Assembly (NCBI RefSeq): GCF_009914755.1
Contig: NC_060926.1
From: the human T2T-CHM13v2.0 reference genome, Homo sapiens
DNA: 64,000 nucleotides
Reading direction: 5' to 3' (one strand)
The notes beneath the pieces are model-generated. The model did no database searches. It was not told the origin of the DNA and was given only the letters and a program-made list of their open reading frames with translations. Both the position numbers and the translations under genes were made by a program. Positions 29,000 to 42,703 of the stretch are shown in pieces (positions within the stretch are counted from its first letter, which is position 1; each line of letters starts with the position of its first letter).

Positions 29000-29395
29000 A
29001 GGGCTCAGGAAAGGAGCAGGCGCCGCGTGGTGGGACAGCGTGATTCCAGCGCCTCGGCATGTCTCAAGGAACAGACGACTGTTGTTCGCCCTGGCTCGCT
29101 CTGACTCATCCTTCCTGTAACTCTCGCTCTTTTGATTCCCGCGTGGCATCCTCTGGGCTGTCTTTCTGATACAGAAGCCGCCGGATCTGGCACAGAGCTC
29201 AGCAGCTACTGTTCCCATAGACTCCCCTGGAGCTGTCATAAGACATGATTTATCGAGTGGAGAGCCGTCCCTCTCAAATCACTCCAGCATTTCTAAGCCA
29301 AAGACTTTTCCCCATCCACCAGGGCTGTGTGACATCATCTTTTTGACCTTCGGACCCGGAAGATCTGTGCTCATCCTCAGAAGATAGGCGTACTG
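29000..29395. promoter_or_regulatory. CpG-enriched candidate enhancer/promoter
   Basis: About 19 CpG in ~390 bp of non-repeat DNA; AP-1 TGACTCA 29102-29108 beside TTCCTG, TGACATCA 29330-29337, ETS CCGGAAG 29356-29362. Confidence 0.45.
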
Positions 29396-29519
29396 GGTCT
29401 AACATTTACTTTCTCCTTTCTATTCTCTGACCTGCTTTTCACCAACGTAGAACAGGGGCTACCATCTGCTGAGCCTGTACTGTGTGTGTGTGGCAAGTTA
29501 GATATGTCAATTCAGTAAA

Positions 29520-29680
29520 TTATCACGAACCACATAAAATGTAGGTATGTTTTTCAAGGTTTATAGATTAAGGTACTGAAACTCAGAGAGGTCAGGTGAC
29601 TTGCCCAGGGTCACACAGCTAAAGATGACAGAGCTAGAATTGGAACCCAGTCCTGTCTGACTCCAAAGCACACAGGTTAT
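29520..29680 (-). mobile_element. MIR SINE
   Basis: ACTGAAACTCAGAGAGGTCAGGTGACTTGCCCAGGGTCACACAGCT...GAACCCAGTCCTGTCTGACTCCAAAGC. Confidence 0.88.
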
Positions 29681-30159
29681 CACTACTCCACAGGTGCCCT
29701 CTGCTGTGGACCACAGGGAGAACAATTGCTCCTTTGCTTTGAAGAAAGAGGAAGGAAAATTATTGTAGGTTTGCAAAGAGTTCATCTACATTTTTCCCCT
29801 CAAAGAGGGAGATTCCTTAACCCAAATCGTCCTCACTGTCACCCTGGCTCAGCTACTTGGCTTCCAGAGACACCAAAGTTAAGTGTGCACATTCTCAAAT
29901 AGGTCTCCTGTTTTTATTTTGTGCAGCAGGCAGGGAGGGGAACTCTTGGCAAGGAGCCCTTCTTTGACAGTAGCCTGGGCAGAGAGAAGATCAAGGAGGG
30001 ACGCGTGGGTATTAGAGTGGCAGGAACAAAGTCCACACCTGTGCCGCCCAACACAGCAGCCACTCACCCCGTAGGGCCGCTGGGCACTGGGAAGGGGGCA
30101 CGTTCAAGCCAAGCTGTGTTGCCAGGGTAACGCACCCACCAGGTTCCAGAGATTGTGTA

Positions 30160-30530
30160 TGAAAAAGAGAATGTAAAATATCTCCTCGATAAATTCTTTA
30201 TATTGATTTTATGTTGAAATGATATGTTGAATATATCAAGCTAAATAAAAATAGCATTAAAATTAATTCCACCTGCACAGCAGGAGGTGCGTGGCGGGTC
30301 ATCGAGCATGACCACCTGAGCTCCGCCTCCTGTCAGATCAGCAGCGCCATTAGTTTCTCACAGGAGCGCGAACCCTGTTGTGAACAGCACATATGAGGGA
30401 TCTAGGTTGCATGCTCCTTAGGGGAATCTAAATAATGCCTGATGATCTGAGGTGGAACAGTTTCATCCCAAAACCATCCTTGTCCCCCTACCATCCATGG
30501 AAAAACTGTCTTCCATGAAACCGGTCTCTG
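30160..30530. mobile_element. MER33 fragment fused to a doubly truncated MER1B
   Basis: GAATGTAAAATATCTC...TTAAAATTAATTCCACCTG (MER33) runs into CACAGCAGGAGGTG...CTGAGCTCCGCCTCCTGTCAGATCAGCAGC (MER1B). Confidence 0.8.
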
Positions 30531-31573
30531 GTTTCATGTAACCCTCTTACAGGATTACAAGCTGTGGGAAGGGAAAAATTCAGAAGAAAGAACCCTCAGG
30601 ATAGAATAGTGTGCTTTTTATGAAATCCTTAACTATCCAGATGGGTACTAAATTTATAATACTCGTAACGCTGCTGTGATGAAGAATCTGTAGCAAGCTA
30701 GAAGGAAATATATGATTAACGTCAGAACCTAATTAAGGCTGTAAAATAATTGAATCAATGGCGTGGCCTGGAAGCCTGTGCTGGTATTCTCCAGCAGCCC
30801 CTGCAGGTCCAGCCTCCCTGTCTTCACCCTGAGTCTGCTTCAGCAGACAGCGTGGGCTTGGCCAGCTGGAGGCCCTGGCAGGAGATCAAAGGGCAGGAAG
30901 GGAGAGGGGCCAGCATGTCAACTCGCTTGGCCCTGCGTTGCTGGGCCAGGGGTTGGTATGGCTGCCTCCCCTCCCCATCCACTGTCAGATGGCCACTCCT
31001 AGAGCCACAGCTGGCTCTCCAAACCAATTCCTTCCATTCAGCCCAGGGAGCTTCATCACACCTTGCTGCCTTCCCTGAATCAGGCCCACTGTTCTCTCAT
31101 TACTGATCTCAAAAAGTTGAGCGAGCCAGCCAGTCCCAGCCTATCCCCAGCATCACCCGCAGTGGACCCGAAGCCTAAGGTGAAAGTACACATTTTGCTG
31201 GTGAGGTAAGTTCAACCATGTCCCAAACAAACCAGAGAAAAAGCAAAGGCAAACCAAGAGCCCAGCAAGCATGGACTTCGGAGCAACCAGAGAGAGCCCC
31301 GTGCAGAGCCCAGGAGGGTGAGTGTGGGAAGAAGAAGGGCGGGTGCTTCTCGGCCTAGCACACCTGGGTCTCAGCTGCACCAGCTCTGGCCATCTGTGGG
31401 ACCGTTTGCATGTGACCCACCTGCCCAGGCCTCATTTTCCTCGTTTGTAGGATGGACAATGTCACCTGACACTGTTGGGAGAAGTGGCCCACGCATACCT
31501 GGCCCAGAGCAGAGAGATTGCTGAGGTCCACTTTACGGCTCATTGATGCCAATGGGCAGATAAGATAACCCTG

Positions 31574-31693
31574 GGGAACATTAGCCCTAGTGCTCCTTGG
31601 AGCCCAATCCTAGGAGTCAGGAGAAGCAGGTGGGAACATCAGCCCTGGCGCTCCTTGGTGCCCAATCCTAGGAGTCAGAAGAAGCAGGTGGGA
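31574..31693. repeat. 58-bp tandem duplication (2 copies)
   Basis: GGGAACATYAGCCCTRGYGCTCCTTGGWGCCCAATCCTAGGAGTCAGRAGAAGCAGGT twice; 5 mismatches. Confidence 0.95.
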
Positions 31694-32379
31694 CCTGCTC
31701 CCTCCACCTCAGCTGGCCTCCCTCCCCACCCGGCACTAGAGCAGGGGCGAGCCATTGGGTATCCTCCCTTGCGCTCCCCAACCATCTCCTGGGGTGAGCT
31801 CAGGGAGCCTGCAGCTACTGGGACAGGGGCCCACTGGCACCTTGCTGGCCCCTACTGCCAGGCAGGGTACCATCAGCCAGCTCGCTCCTCCCAGGGAACT
31901 GCCTCTTCTCCAGCAGCCTGGAGTCCCCCACTTCCCAGCCCCATCGTCCTCATCCCAAGCCTGATCCCATTGTGTCCTGTGACTCCTTGTCCCTTGTTGG
32001 GCACCTGCATCTGTCCTCCCTCCTCAGCCTCCCATGCCCTCTGCATCCTGCACTCCTGCTGAACGAATGACCCAGGCCTCCACTTCCCATCAGAACATCC
32101 TCTGCAACACGTCCCTTACCGGCAGGCGTCACTCCCTGAGCTCACCATTTCCCTGCAGCCATGCTACGTGGCTGCTGCTTAATGTCTCAGAGGCCCCTTC
32201 TCTGAGACAGGGTTGAGACCTGGGGTTTGCACCCCCTCTGCCTTGACGCATCCAGCCCAGTATTCCTCCCACTTGCTCATGGCCAGATGAGGAAGGGAAG
32301 TGGCACCACTGGGCATTTGATTGAAAGCAGCAAAGACTCCATGACTCCCTTCCCACACTGCTGCCATTGGCTTGGTGGA

Positions 32380-33000
32380 CTTTGACTGCAACCCTGCCAA
32401 CAACCCCCGTTCTCCTGGCTTCCCTGAGCCTCTCACCTCTGATGACCTTCCCCACCTCATCTTTCACTCTCAACAGATGACCTCAACTCCTACTTTACAG
32501 AGAAGACAGAAACTAGGAGCTGGGACCTCCTTCACCTTCCTACTGCAAACCCACAGACCCCCCTGCATCTCCCCTCTGCTGCTTCCCCTTCCTTCCTTGT
32601 CACAGTGGAGGAGGCATCTGTGCTCTGGGATTGGCCTTCCCACCAGCCCTCCACCTTCCTGAGCTCACGCACCCAGTCTCCTCTCTCCTGTGTCTCCAGC
32701 CTTTCTCACTGCACTCTTTGCTCCATTGCTTTCATCAGCCTATTCTGCTCAAATTTCTCTGATCTTGAAACAAAGTTGGCCGTGGACCCAGTTCCTGCTC
32801 CAGCCCCAGCTATATTTCCTGTGTCTTCCCTTCCAACCTCTCCTGCCACAGCCAAGGCCTCTCCCCTCCATGAACTCTCCTCTCATAGTCCCCCAAATTC
32901 ACCAAGTTTTCCAGCTCACGCCTTTCACATTTGCTCTTCCCTCTGCCTGAAATGCCCTCCCTGCTCCTCCTGTAGCTAGTGCCCTCCTTGACCTGTTCTC
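32380..33000 (+). mobile_element. L2 ORF2/3' remnants
   Basis: CAGATGACCTCAACTCCTACTTTACAGAGAAGACAGAAAC and CCCTCTGCCTGAAATGCCCTCCC; C/T-rich. Confidence 0.6.
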
Positions 33001-34658
33001 CCATGAATGCCTCCACCTCCTCCCAGCCCAGGCCAGGGTTCCCTGTGTCTCTCATCAAAACAGCATGGAGCCTGAATGTTCTGCTCTGCTGGACCCAAGT
33101 CCCCCAGCCTCCCAGGCCTCATCTGTCCCTTTAATATCCCAAGTGGCTCAAGCCTAGCCCATCCCATAGGAAGCTGTGGAGGGTCACCTGACTGTAGGGT
33201 ATTGCCGGAGGCCCTCGCATGTCCTAAGCCCTCCAGGCTGCTCTCTGCTGTGGTCTCACTGCTGGGCATCACCTGAGATTCAGACACCTTCTCCCACCAG
33301 CCTGCCTCCAGCCCCCTGAAGCAACAGGAGGCTCAGAGCTGTTGAAGACAGATGAGAAACTCTTCAAATTGGACAACAGATCCCAGCATTCCAAAATGCC
33401 TTCCTTCCTCACTAAAGGAAATTCCTCATGCCCACGTCCATCTCTGCTTTGAGGACGCCTCCTTCCCCATCCCTCCTCTCCTCCCATCCTGGAGTCACCC
33501 CTCCTGCCTGCAAACTCCGATCTCCCCAAATGCAGGTGATTTTCACCCTTCCTTGTTCAAAGACAGGCACCTTCTGAGGTACTGGAAGATAGCATTTCAA
33601 CATGTGAATTTCGGGGGATGCAATTCAGCCTAGAGCAGATATCCTCTCTTTCTCCACTGTGGCTTCAAGTACCAGTTGTGCCACTTTCTAATTGTTCATC
33701 CCTGGGCAAATATTTTAACCTCCCCTGAACCTTGAATCTCACATCTTTCAGATGCAGGTAATGACAGCCACCTGACCGGGCACAGGCAAGGATTAAGCGA
33801 GGTGATCTGGGTGAAAGGCCCCACAGGGTTCATGTAAGTTCCCTTCCTTCTGATCCTTTCTTCCCCTCTCTGTGTCTGCAGACATGAGCCCCGCTTTGAG
33901 TTTGCACAAGAGTGGTGTTCCTTGCAATGACAATGACAGGTTACTAAGGCGCGCACACTCTCCTCCGATTTTTAACCTAATGGATGACCCCATCGGCCTC
34001 CTTGAGGCCTGGGTCCAGAATTGGAGACTCTCAAAGGGAAGTTGCTACAGTTTATGATGGCAGGAAATCTGTTTACATTCTGAGTCTAAAGAGGAAAATG
34101 TAGGCATTCTTTCAACTTCCTGTTACAAAATGCTTCATACCAAAAATTCTTGCCTCCTCCGAAGTCACTGAAGGGTTACAGAGAGATCTCCTAGTTGTTT
34201 CTCTGCGTTTCCACTTCTCAGATACTACTTTAAAGGTGGCTTTTCTATGTTTTCAGTTTGTTTTTCTTCTCTTGGCTAAACATATATCCACGATTAACAG
34301 ATTGTCACTTAGAAGGTTTATATTTATCATCATTATTTATGTTTATTCCTCTTCTGCTTTTATAAACTAACAAATGACATATTTTCTTCCACTGGTTAAA
34401 AACTACTTTAAAACTTTATTTCAACCATAATTTAACTTTTGAAATTTTTTACCCTATTTTCTCCAATACCCCTGCTTTGTTTTTAGTTTTCTTTAAATGG
34501 ACAGCGAACTTTGTGAAAATCAAAATATTGTTTTATAAATAACTCAGTTTCTCCTCCACCCTTAACCAATGAATGGAACTACACAGTATAGTTTTTCTGC
34601 TTCTCAGAAGCTAATTACTCTATCTGATGTGTTTAATCTTATTTCTGACTTTTAATAA

Positions 34659-35026
<368 letters not shown>

Positions 35027-36829
35027 TACATTTCTTTTTAAATGCCGCACCTTGGAAGCACCATAGTGGTTTTGTCCTTGCATGTGCGAATCCAGTTTTG
35101 GGCATTGCTAAGTGGATACACCTGCTGAATAATCACTTGATCTTTCCAGTGGCACCCACCAAAGACTCATCTTAAGATCCTGTAAAAGATGCACCCAGTG
35201 GAACTTGGTACTAAAAGACAATGGAAGCTCTTTTCAATCCTAGGGTTCTAGTGGTCTACAAAATGCCTTACTATCCAAATTTAACTGACATTTTTCTTTG
35301 CCACAGAGTATGTCAACAATCCATTCATTCATGGTCAAATATTGTAAACTTTTTAAGGTATGCAGCACTTAATTTTTCTCCAGAAAGAGTGAGAAGATAA
35401 TATTCAACTAAAAACATAAAATCTCAGCTTGGAAATGGAGAAATATCTTCCTAGGCCTGGGTAAATCCAGCAAGGTAAATCAGAGAATTGAAAAATAGGA
35501 CATTTGGGAGTTTTGCCCATGACTTGAGCAATTCTCTGTCTGCCAGAGTAGAATTTGGAGGGTGTGGTACCAAGTTCGTGTGTGGTTGGTCTCGGCATCA
35601 TGGGGGGAGTATGCCTTCATAACAGCCAACGGGGGGTCTCTCCACAACTCCAAGCCCAGCAACTTGTAATCTAGTTTTGACAGTCAAAAGGTATTCAGTG
35701 AATGGATGATTAAATGAATAATAGCCTGGTAGAACAAGACTAACATGTCTCTATATGTGTGTGCCTTGACCTCCGTTACAGAGTCCTAGAGTCTATATTT
35801 TCTCCCCCTGTGGGAGACAAAGAAACTGAGACTGAAACAGTTCTACAACTTGCTGATGTCACACAGGGACAAGGCTCTATTTTCTGACCCCTGGGCTTTT
35901 TTTTCAACAACTGTATTCCATTTCTGAGTCAAAGGGAGTGCAGACTAGAACACGCATCCCAGTTCTCTCGCTGGAGCAGAAGCTCCTATTCCACCCACAC
36001 CAACTCTTTCTTCATCTGTACGATGGGATAATGTGCCGTTTCCCCTACCTCACTAGAGATAGAGGAGGGGGATCCTCTAATGAGACAGCAGGGAGAATTA
36101 TTTGAAAAACTAAACCAACATTTAAGGCCAGCTGCTGCTATTATTTTACTAGCAGCTTCTTCTTTTGTGCCAACTTAAAGCTACTTAAGGTAATATTTCC
36201 TTCCTACTTTTGATACAACTGGGTCTTTATTAGGAACGCTTCCTCCTGGGAGAAAAAGGAATTCCTCTGAATTCTTTGTTTCATGTTTAAAAAACCCGGG
36301 CAATGGAAAGAATATAGTTTGACCAGTGAGGATTAACTTCTAGAGATGTTGTACCATAACCTGGAATGCCAGAGAAATTGTAAAACAAAAGCTGTGGGTG
36401 TCTGCAACACTGCCGCAACCTCAGTGGCCAGCCGCAGAAAGAGAAAGAGCCTTGAAGGAAGTTAGATTTTGGTCACAGGTAACCACAAAGAACTAGTTAT
36501 CACACATTGCCACATGGGTTGTAATACATCTATTAAGAAGCAGATTTTCTTTGGGGTTTGTGAGTCATCGTTCAGAATCTTAGTTCTGCTTGAGAACATG
36601 TGAACTGAAATGATCTATTTCTGTGTTATTCCTTTTTTCTCTTTTCTATCTTCATTTATTTTTTAAATTTATTTTATTTGTAGCATTCTTAAAACTCTGT
36701 AAGAATGGAGCCCAGGAGAGGGATTTTCTTTACTTCATTCCTAAGCCTTCAGATTCCTTTGTCTTAGCTTATTGTTGCCAGCTATTAGTTTGGAAAGCCT
36801 AAGACCTTCCATGAGAATTGTGTAGCCCC

Positions 36830-37430
36830 TGAACCCATTTCTCACCCATCAGATTGGCAAAAATTTACAAGCCTGACAATACACTCTGTTGACAAAATTG
36901 TGGGGAAACAAACATTCCTACCATGCATTGCTAGTGGGAAGGCAAATGTAAGTATTCATCTTGTTCAAAGAGATCCCTGCAGAAATGCCCCAAATAATGC
37001 TTGACCAAGTATCTGGGCACCCTGTGTGGTACAGCCAAGTTGACACAGAAAATTAATTATCACAGCTATGATACTTAATCATAGCTGATTAATGACTGTT
37101 GTGACCCCTATGAAAAAGAATTTGGCAATATCCAAATTCTGTGTGCAACCCCTATGTAAAAGAATTTGGCAATATCCAAAAGATCTACCTAATGCATCTG
37201 GGCTTTGACTCAGCAACTCCTAGGAATTTATCCCAAGATTTACCTCCAACAATATGAAAATACAGATGCACAAGGTTATTCACTGAAGCATTGTTTCTAA
37301 TAGCAAGACATTGGAAACTACCAAAATGTCCAAGCAAAAACAAATCTATTGAACCCAGGAAATTGGTTCAGTAAACTCTGGCACATACATACAATAGAAT
37401 AATAAGCAGCTATACAAAGAATGAGCCACA
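36830..37430 (+). mobile_element. L1ME 3' fragment interrupted by a complex insertion
   Basis: TCACCCATCAGATTGGCAAAAATT...CATTGCTAGTGGGAAGGCAAATG resumes at GTGCAACCCCTATG...TTTGGCAATATC. Confidence 0.8.
36949..37069 (-). repeat. Inverted copy of 39124-39244 (MLT2 5' end plus its flank)
   Basis: Reverse complement aligns without gaps; first 38 nt identical, 12 mismatches in ~121 nt. Confidence 0.85.
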
Positions 37431-37850
37431 TGCATGTATTTCCTCATTCTTTCAGCTAAGAGAGCCTAGAAACAATGACACTCCAGGAACAATGATCACT
37501 CGCTACTGCCAGATCTTAGTTTCCAATCCCACTATTCAGTGAAAGGAATCAGGGCTCCTTGGAGAAATGGCTGATTCTAGGACTGGAGCAGGAAATATAG
37601 AAGACAAGCCTAGAACTTCTTATAGTACCAGAAGGTAAGGAAGCTCAAACAACACACGCATGCACACACACGCACATACATGCACACATGCACATGCATG
37701 CAAGCACACACACTACAACAACAGGAAACATCAAAGGGACACAGGAGCCAATGGAAAGAGCTCCCAATGACCCAAGCTAGGATAATTTGAGAAGAAAATA
37801 CAGTGATATTGGACTATAACCCAAGTATAAAATAAATGTCCATGAATTCA

Positions 37851-38205
<355 letters not shown>

Positions 38206-38558
38206 ATGAGTATAGACAAATCTTCTGAGATGAATTCCAAATGATTTGTATAAATATTTTGCCCTCAGATGGGAGAAGCATAACTCCTTACTTCTTAAGT
38301 ATGGGCCACACCTGGTGATTTCCTTCTAAAGAGTTCAGTATTAAAACGGGAGGTGGGGAGTAACTTGACAGTGGAGAAACGTGGCAAATACTACCTCAAG
38401 CCAAGTGATCAAGGTTAGCATCATCAATGATAAGTTATGTTGATCCAGTGTACCCTTGATTTGATGTGAAGAGAATATCGTTTATCTGTGTAGTGTCCTC
38501 CTGGAAACTCATAACCTCAGTCTAATCATGAGAAAAACATCAGGATAATACCAATTGA

Positions 38559-38870
38559 GGCTGGACACCGTGGCTCACGCCTATAACCTCAGCACTTTGG
38601 GAGGCCGAGGTGGGCAGATCACTTGAGGTCAGGAGTTCAAGACCAGCCTGGCCAACATGGTGAAACCCCGTCCGTCAGTACTAAAAATACAAAAATTAAC
38701 CAGGTGTGGTGGCAGCGCCTGTAATCCCAGCTTGGAAGGCTGAGGCAGCTTGAACCCAGGAGGTGGAGGTTGCAGTGAGCCAAGATCATGCCACTGCACT
38801 CTAGCCTGGGTGATAGAGGGAGACTCTGTCTCAAAAAAAAAAAAAAAAGAAAGAAAAAGAAAAAAAAAAG
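38559..38870 (+). mobile_element. Alu (AluS-type)
   Basis: Full Alu; TSD AATACCAATTGA. Confidence 0.96.
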
Positions 38871-39128
38871 AATACCAATTGAGGGGCATTTTATAAATTA
38901 ACCTAACCAGTACTTATCAGTCAAAGTCCCAGGCAAGATGAATATACAGAGACCTGATGAGTAAATGTAACATGATATCCTAGATGAGATCCCAGAGGAG
39001 AAAAAGGACCTTGAGCAAAAACTAAAGAGATATAACTAAGTTATGTACCTTAGTAAATAACAAAGTATTGATATCGGTTCATTCATTGTGACAAATGTAC
39101 CATCCTAATGTAAGATGTTAAAAATAGC

Positions 39129-39648
39129 TGTGATAATTAATTTTCTGTGTCAACTTGGCTGGACCACACAGGATGTTCAGATACTTGATCAAACATTATT
39201 TGGAGCATCCCTGCAGGGATCTCTTTGAATAAGATAAATATTTAAATCAGCAGGCGTTGAGTAGAGCAGACTGCTCTCTGTAATGCAGGTGGGTCTCATT
39301 TAATCAATGAGAAGCCTGAATAAAATAAAAAAAAAAAAAAACAATGCTCCCCTGAGCAAGAGAAGTTTTCTCCAGGAGAGGTCTTTGGACTCGAACTGGG
39401 ACATTGGTTTCTCCTGCCTTTGGGCTCAAACTAAAACCTTGACTCTTCCTAGGTCTTGAGCCTGCTGGCCCTTTGGAGTAGAACTACACCATCGTTTCTC
39501 CTGAGTCTCCAGCTTCCTCCTTTCCCACCCTGCAGTTTTGGGGACTTTCCAGCCTCTGTAACTGTGAGCCAATTTCCTTATAATAAATCTCTTTCTAGAT
39601 ATGTGCATACTATTAGTTCTGTTTCTCTGGAGAACCCTGAGTATTACA
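39129..39648 (+). mobile_element. MLT2 solo LTR (ERVL)
   Basis: TGTGATAATTAATTTTCTGTGTCAACTTGGCTGG start, TCTGTTTCTCTGGAGAACCCTGAGTATTACA end; 5-bp TSD ATAGC/ATAGG. Confidence 0.9.
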
Positions 39649-39844
39649 ATAGGGAAAACTGGGTGTAGGTGTATAGGAGCTCCCTGTATTATCTTTGTAA
39701 ATTTTCTATAAATTTAAACTATCCTAAAATAAAAAGATTATTTTTTAAAGCCCAGAAAAAATAAATTGAAAAACAAAAGAATTAGGAAGATCTCTATAAA
39801 TTAATATGGAAGTAGTTCTAGAAGACATTATTAAATGGGGAAGA

Positions 39845-42703
39845 AAAACAGCATTTGGGGGAAATTTATAGCACAATGCCAATATTAGAAAAAGAAAAAG
39901 GTCTCAAATCAATGACTTCAGTTTCCACCTCAAGAAACTAGAAAAAATAACAAATTAAACCCAAAAAATAAAGGTCAGAGAGGAATCAAAGAAATTTTTC
40001 AAAGTTTTAAATGAAAATAAAAATAAAGAGAATACAGCCAAAGCTGCTTCTTGAAGAATATCGATAACATTAGTAAACCTCTGGGCAAAGTACTCAGGAA
40101 AAAAAGACAGAGAATCCATAATCTCCTGACATTAGTAATGAACAAGGTGACACCACTACAGATTCTACAGAAATGAAGAGAATAATCATGGAATATCATT
40201 AACAACTCTATACCTATGATTGATAATTTAAACAAAGTGGACAAATTCCTTGAAAGATACAGGCTATAAAAGTTCACTCAAGGAGAAAGAAATAATCTGA
40301 ATAACCCTACACCAATCATTAAAAATGAATTTGTACTTTAAAATCCCCCCTCAAAAAAGAAAATCCCCAGGCCTAATAACTTTACAGGTGGATTCTACCA
40401 AATATTTAAGAAAGAAATAATACTAACTCCAAACAAACTCTTCCAGAAAATTGAAAAGGAAAGAACACTTCTGAACTCACTATATGAAGCAAGCATTGCC
40501 CTGATGCCAAAATTAGTCAAAGATACTACAAGAGAAGAAAACTGCATATCAGTATCTCTCATGAACATAAATGCAAAAATTCAAAACAAAATTGTAGCAA
40601 ACAGAATCCAACAATACAAAAAAGGATAACACATTATAACCAGTGCATTTCCTGGGGAAGCAAGGTTAGTTTAACATTTGAAAATCTATCAATGTATTCA
40701 CCATATTAACAGATTAAAAAAGAAAAATCCATGTTATCATCTCAACAAACACAGAAAAATCTAACTCTCAGTAAAGCAGCACTAGAGGGGAATGTCCTCA
40801 ATCTGATAAGGAACATCTATGAAAAATCTACAGTTAACTCCATACTAGGTAGTAAAGGACTGACTGTTTTCTCTCTAAGATCAGGAAAAAGTAAGGGATG
40901 TCTATTTTTATCGCCTCTATTTCTGAAGATTCTAGCCAGTGCAGTAAGACAATAAAAAAGAAATAAAATTTATCCTGATGGAAAAGGGAGAATTAATATT
41001 GTCTTTATTTCACTGTGATATGATTATATATAAAAGCAAATGGAATCTACAGAAAAGCTGCTAAAACTAATAAGTAATTTAGTTTGAAATGTATACAAGA
41101 TCAATATGTGAAAAAATCAATTGTATGTCTAGGACCAAATAATCTGAAATTCCCAAACTACCAATTACAATAGCATCAAAAATATAAAATACTTTGGATA
41201 CATTAGTCAAAAGATGTACAAGACCTGTATATACTAAACTATACAAACATTGCCGAAACAAAGAAAACCCAAATAAATAGAGAGATGTGTGGGTTGAAAG
41301 GCTTGATATTGTATGATGACAATTTCCCCCCATTCTATAGAACTGATGCAGTCCCAATACAAATCCCAGCAGGACTTATAGTAGAAACTGTCAAGCTAAT
41401 TCTAAAATTTTGATGTAAATGAAAAGAAAAGGACCTAGAATATCCGAAACAACTTTAAAAAGAAGAGCAAAATTGGAGGACTAACACTTTCTGGTTTCAA
41501 GACCCATTATAGATCTACAGAAATCAAGACAATGTGGTATTAGCATAAAGATAAAAAACAGATCAATGGGAAGGAACAGGAAGTACAGAAATAGATCCAC
41601 ACATATAAGTGGGCATGTGATTTTTGTGAAATGTGCAAAGGCAATTCAGTAGAGAAGGAATAGTCTTTTCATTAATGAAGCTGGAATGATTGGATATCCA
41701 TATGTTTAAAAAGTGAACAAACACCTCACAAAAAGATATACGGATGGCAAAGATGCATATGAAAAGATACTCAAAATCATACGTCTTTAGAGAACTGCAA
41801 ATTAAAACAACAATGAGACACCACTACACACCTATTAGAGTGCCTAAAATTCAAAATACCAATGATACCAAATGCTGGTGAGAATGTGGAGCAATAGGAA
41901 CTTTCATTCATTGCTCATGGAACGCAAAATGGTACAACCACTTTGGAAGACAGCTTGGCAGTTTCTAACTAAGCTAAACATAGTTATATTATGTCATCCA
42001 GCAATCGCATTCCTAAGTATTTACACAATTAACTTGAAAACTTATGTCCCCACAACAACCTGCACACAAACGTTCTTAGCAGCATTAATCATAATCTTCA
42101 AAAACGAGAAGCAACGTAAATGTCCTTTAATAGGTGAATACCTAAACAAACTGCAATACATTCATACAATGGAATATTATTCAGCAGTAAAAAGAAATTT
42201 GCTAACAAGTCACAGAAAGAGACGAAGGAAACTTAAATACACATTGATAAGCAAAAGAAGCCAGTCTAAAAAGGCTACATACTGTACGATGCCAACTAAA
42301 TGGCATTCTGGAAAAGGCAAAACTATAGAGACAGTAAAAAGATCAGCAGTTGCTAGGGACTGGGCAGTGGAAGAATAAATAGATGAAGCGCAGGGTGTTT
42401 TTAGGGTGGCAGAACTATCTGAATCACACAGTATTGGTGGACACATAACATTATGTATTTGTCAAAACCCATAAAACTGTACAATACAAACAGTGAAGTT
42501 TAATATAAACTATGGACATCAATATAATGCATCAATACTGATTCATTAATTGCAACCAATACACTACACTAATGCAAGATGTTAATAATATGGGAGACTG
42601 TGTGAGAGGGAGAAGGAGTATATGGGAACTCTCTATACTATCTGCTCAGTGTTCTGTAAATCTAAAGTTGTTCTAAGAAATAAAGTCTATTGATTTTTAA
42701 AAA
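39845..42703 (+). mobile_element. L1MC-type ORF2 plus 3' UTR, ~2.9 kb, decayed
   Basis: Colinear L1 ORF2 motifs; ORF 41872-42378 contains MVQPLWKTAWQFLTKLNI and YIHTMEYYSAVKRN; ends AATAAAGTCTATT. Confidence 0.9.

Noticed and set aside
31574-31693. Direct repeats as a possible CRISPR-like array (also 62345-62414 and 37104-37180)
   Set aside because: Only two copies each, no unique spacers of regular length, eukaryotic context, no cas genes.
30750-33650. Dense cluster of overlapping 60-135 aa ORFs
   Set aside because: GC-rich, stop-poor region partly of L2 origin; ORFs on both strands, no recognisable domains or consistent exon structure.
41872-42378. 168-aa ORF
   Set aside because: Derived from L1 ORF2 C-terminus/3' UTR of a decayed L1MC copy; the upstream ORF2 is full of stops.
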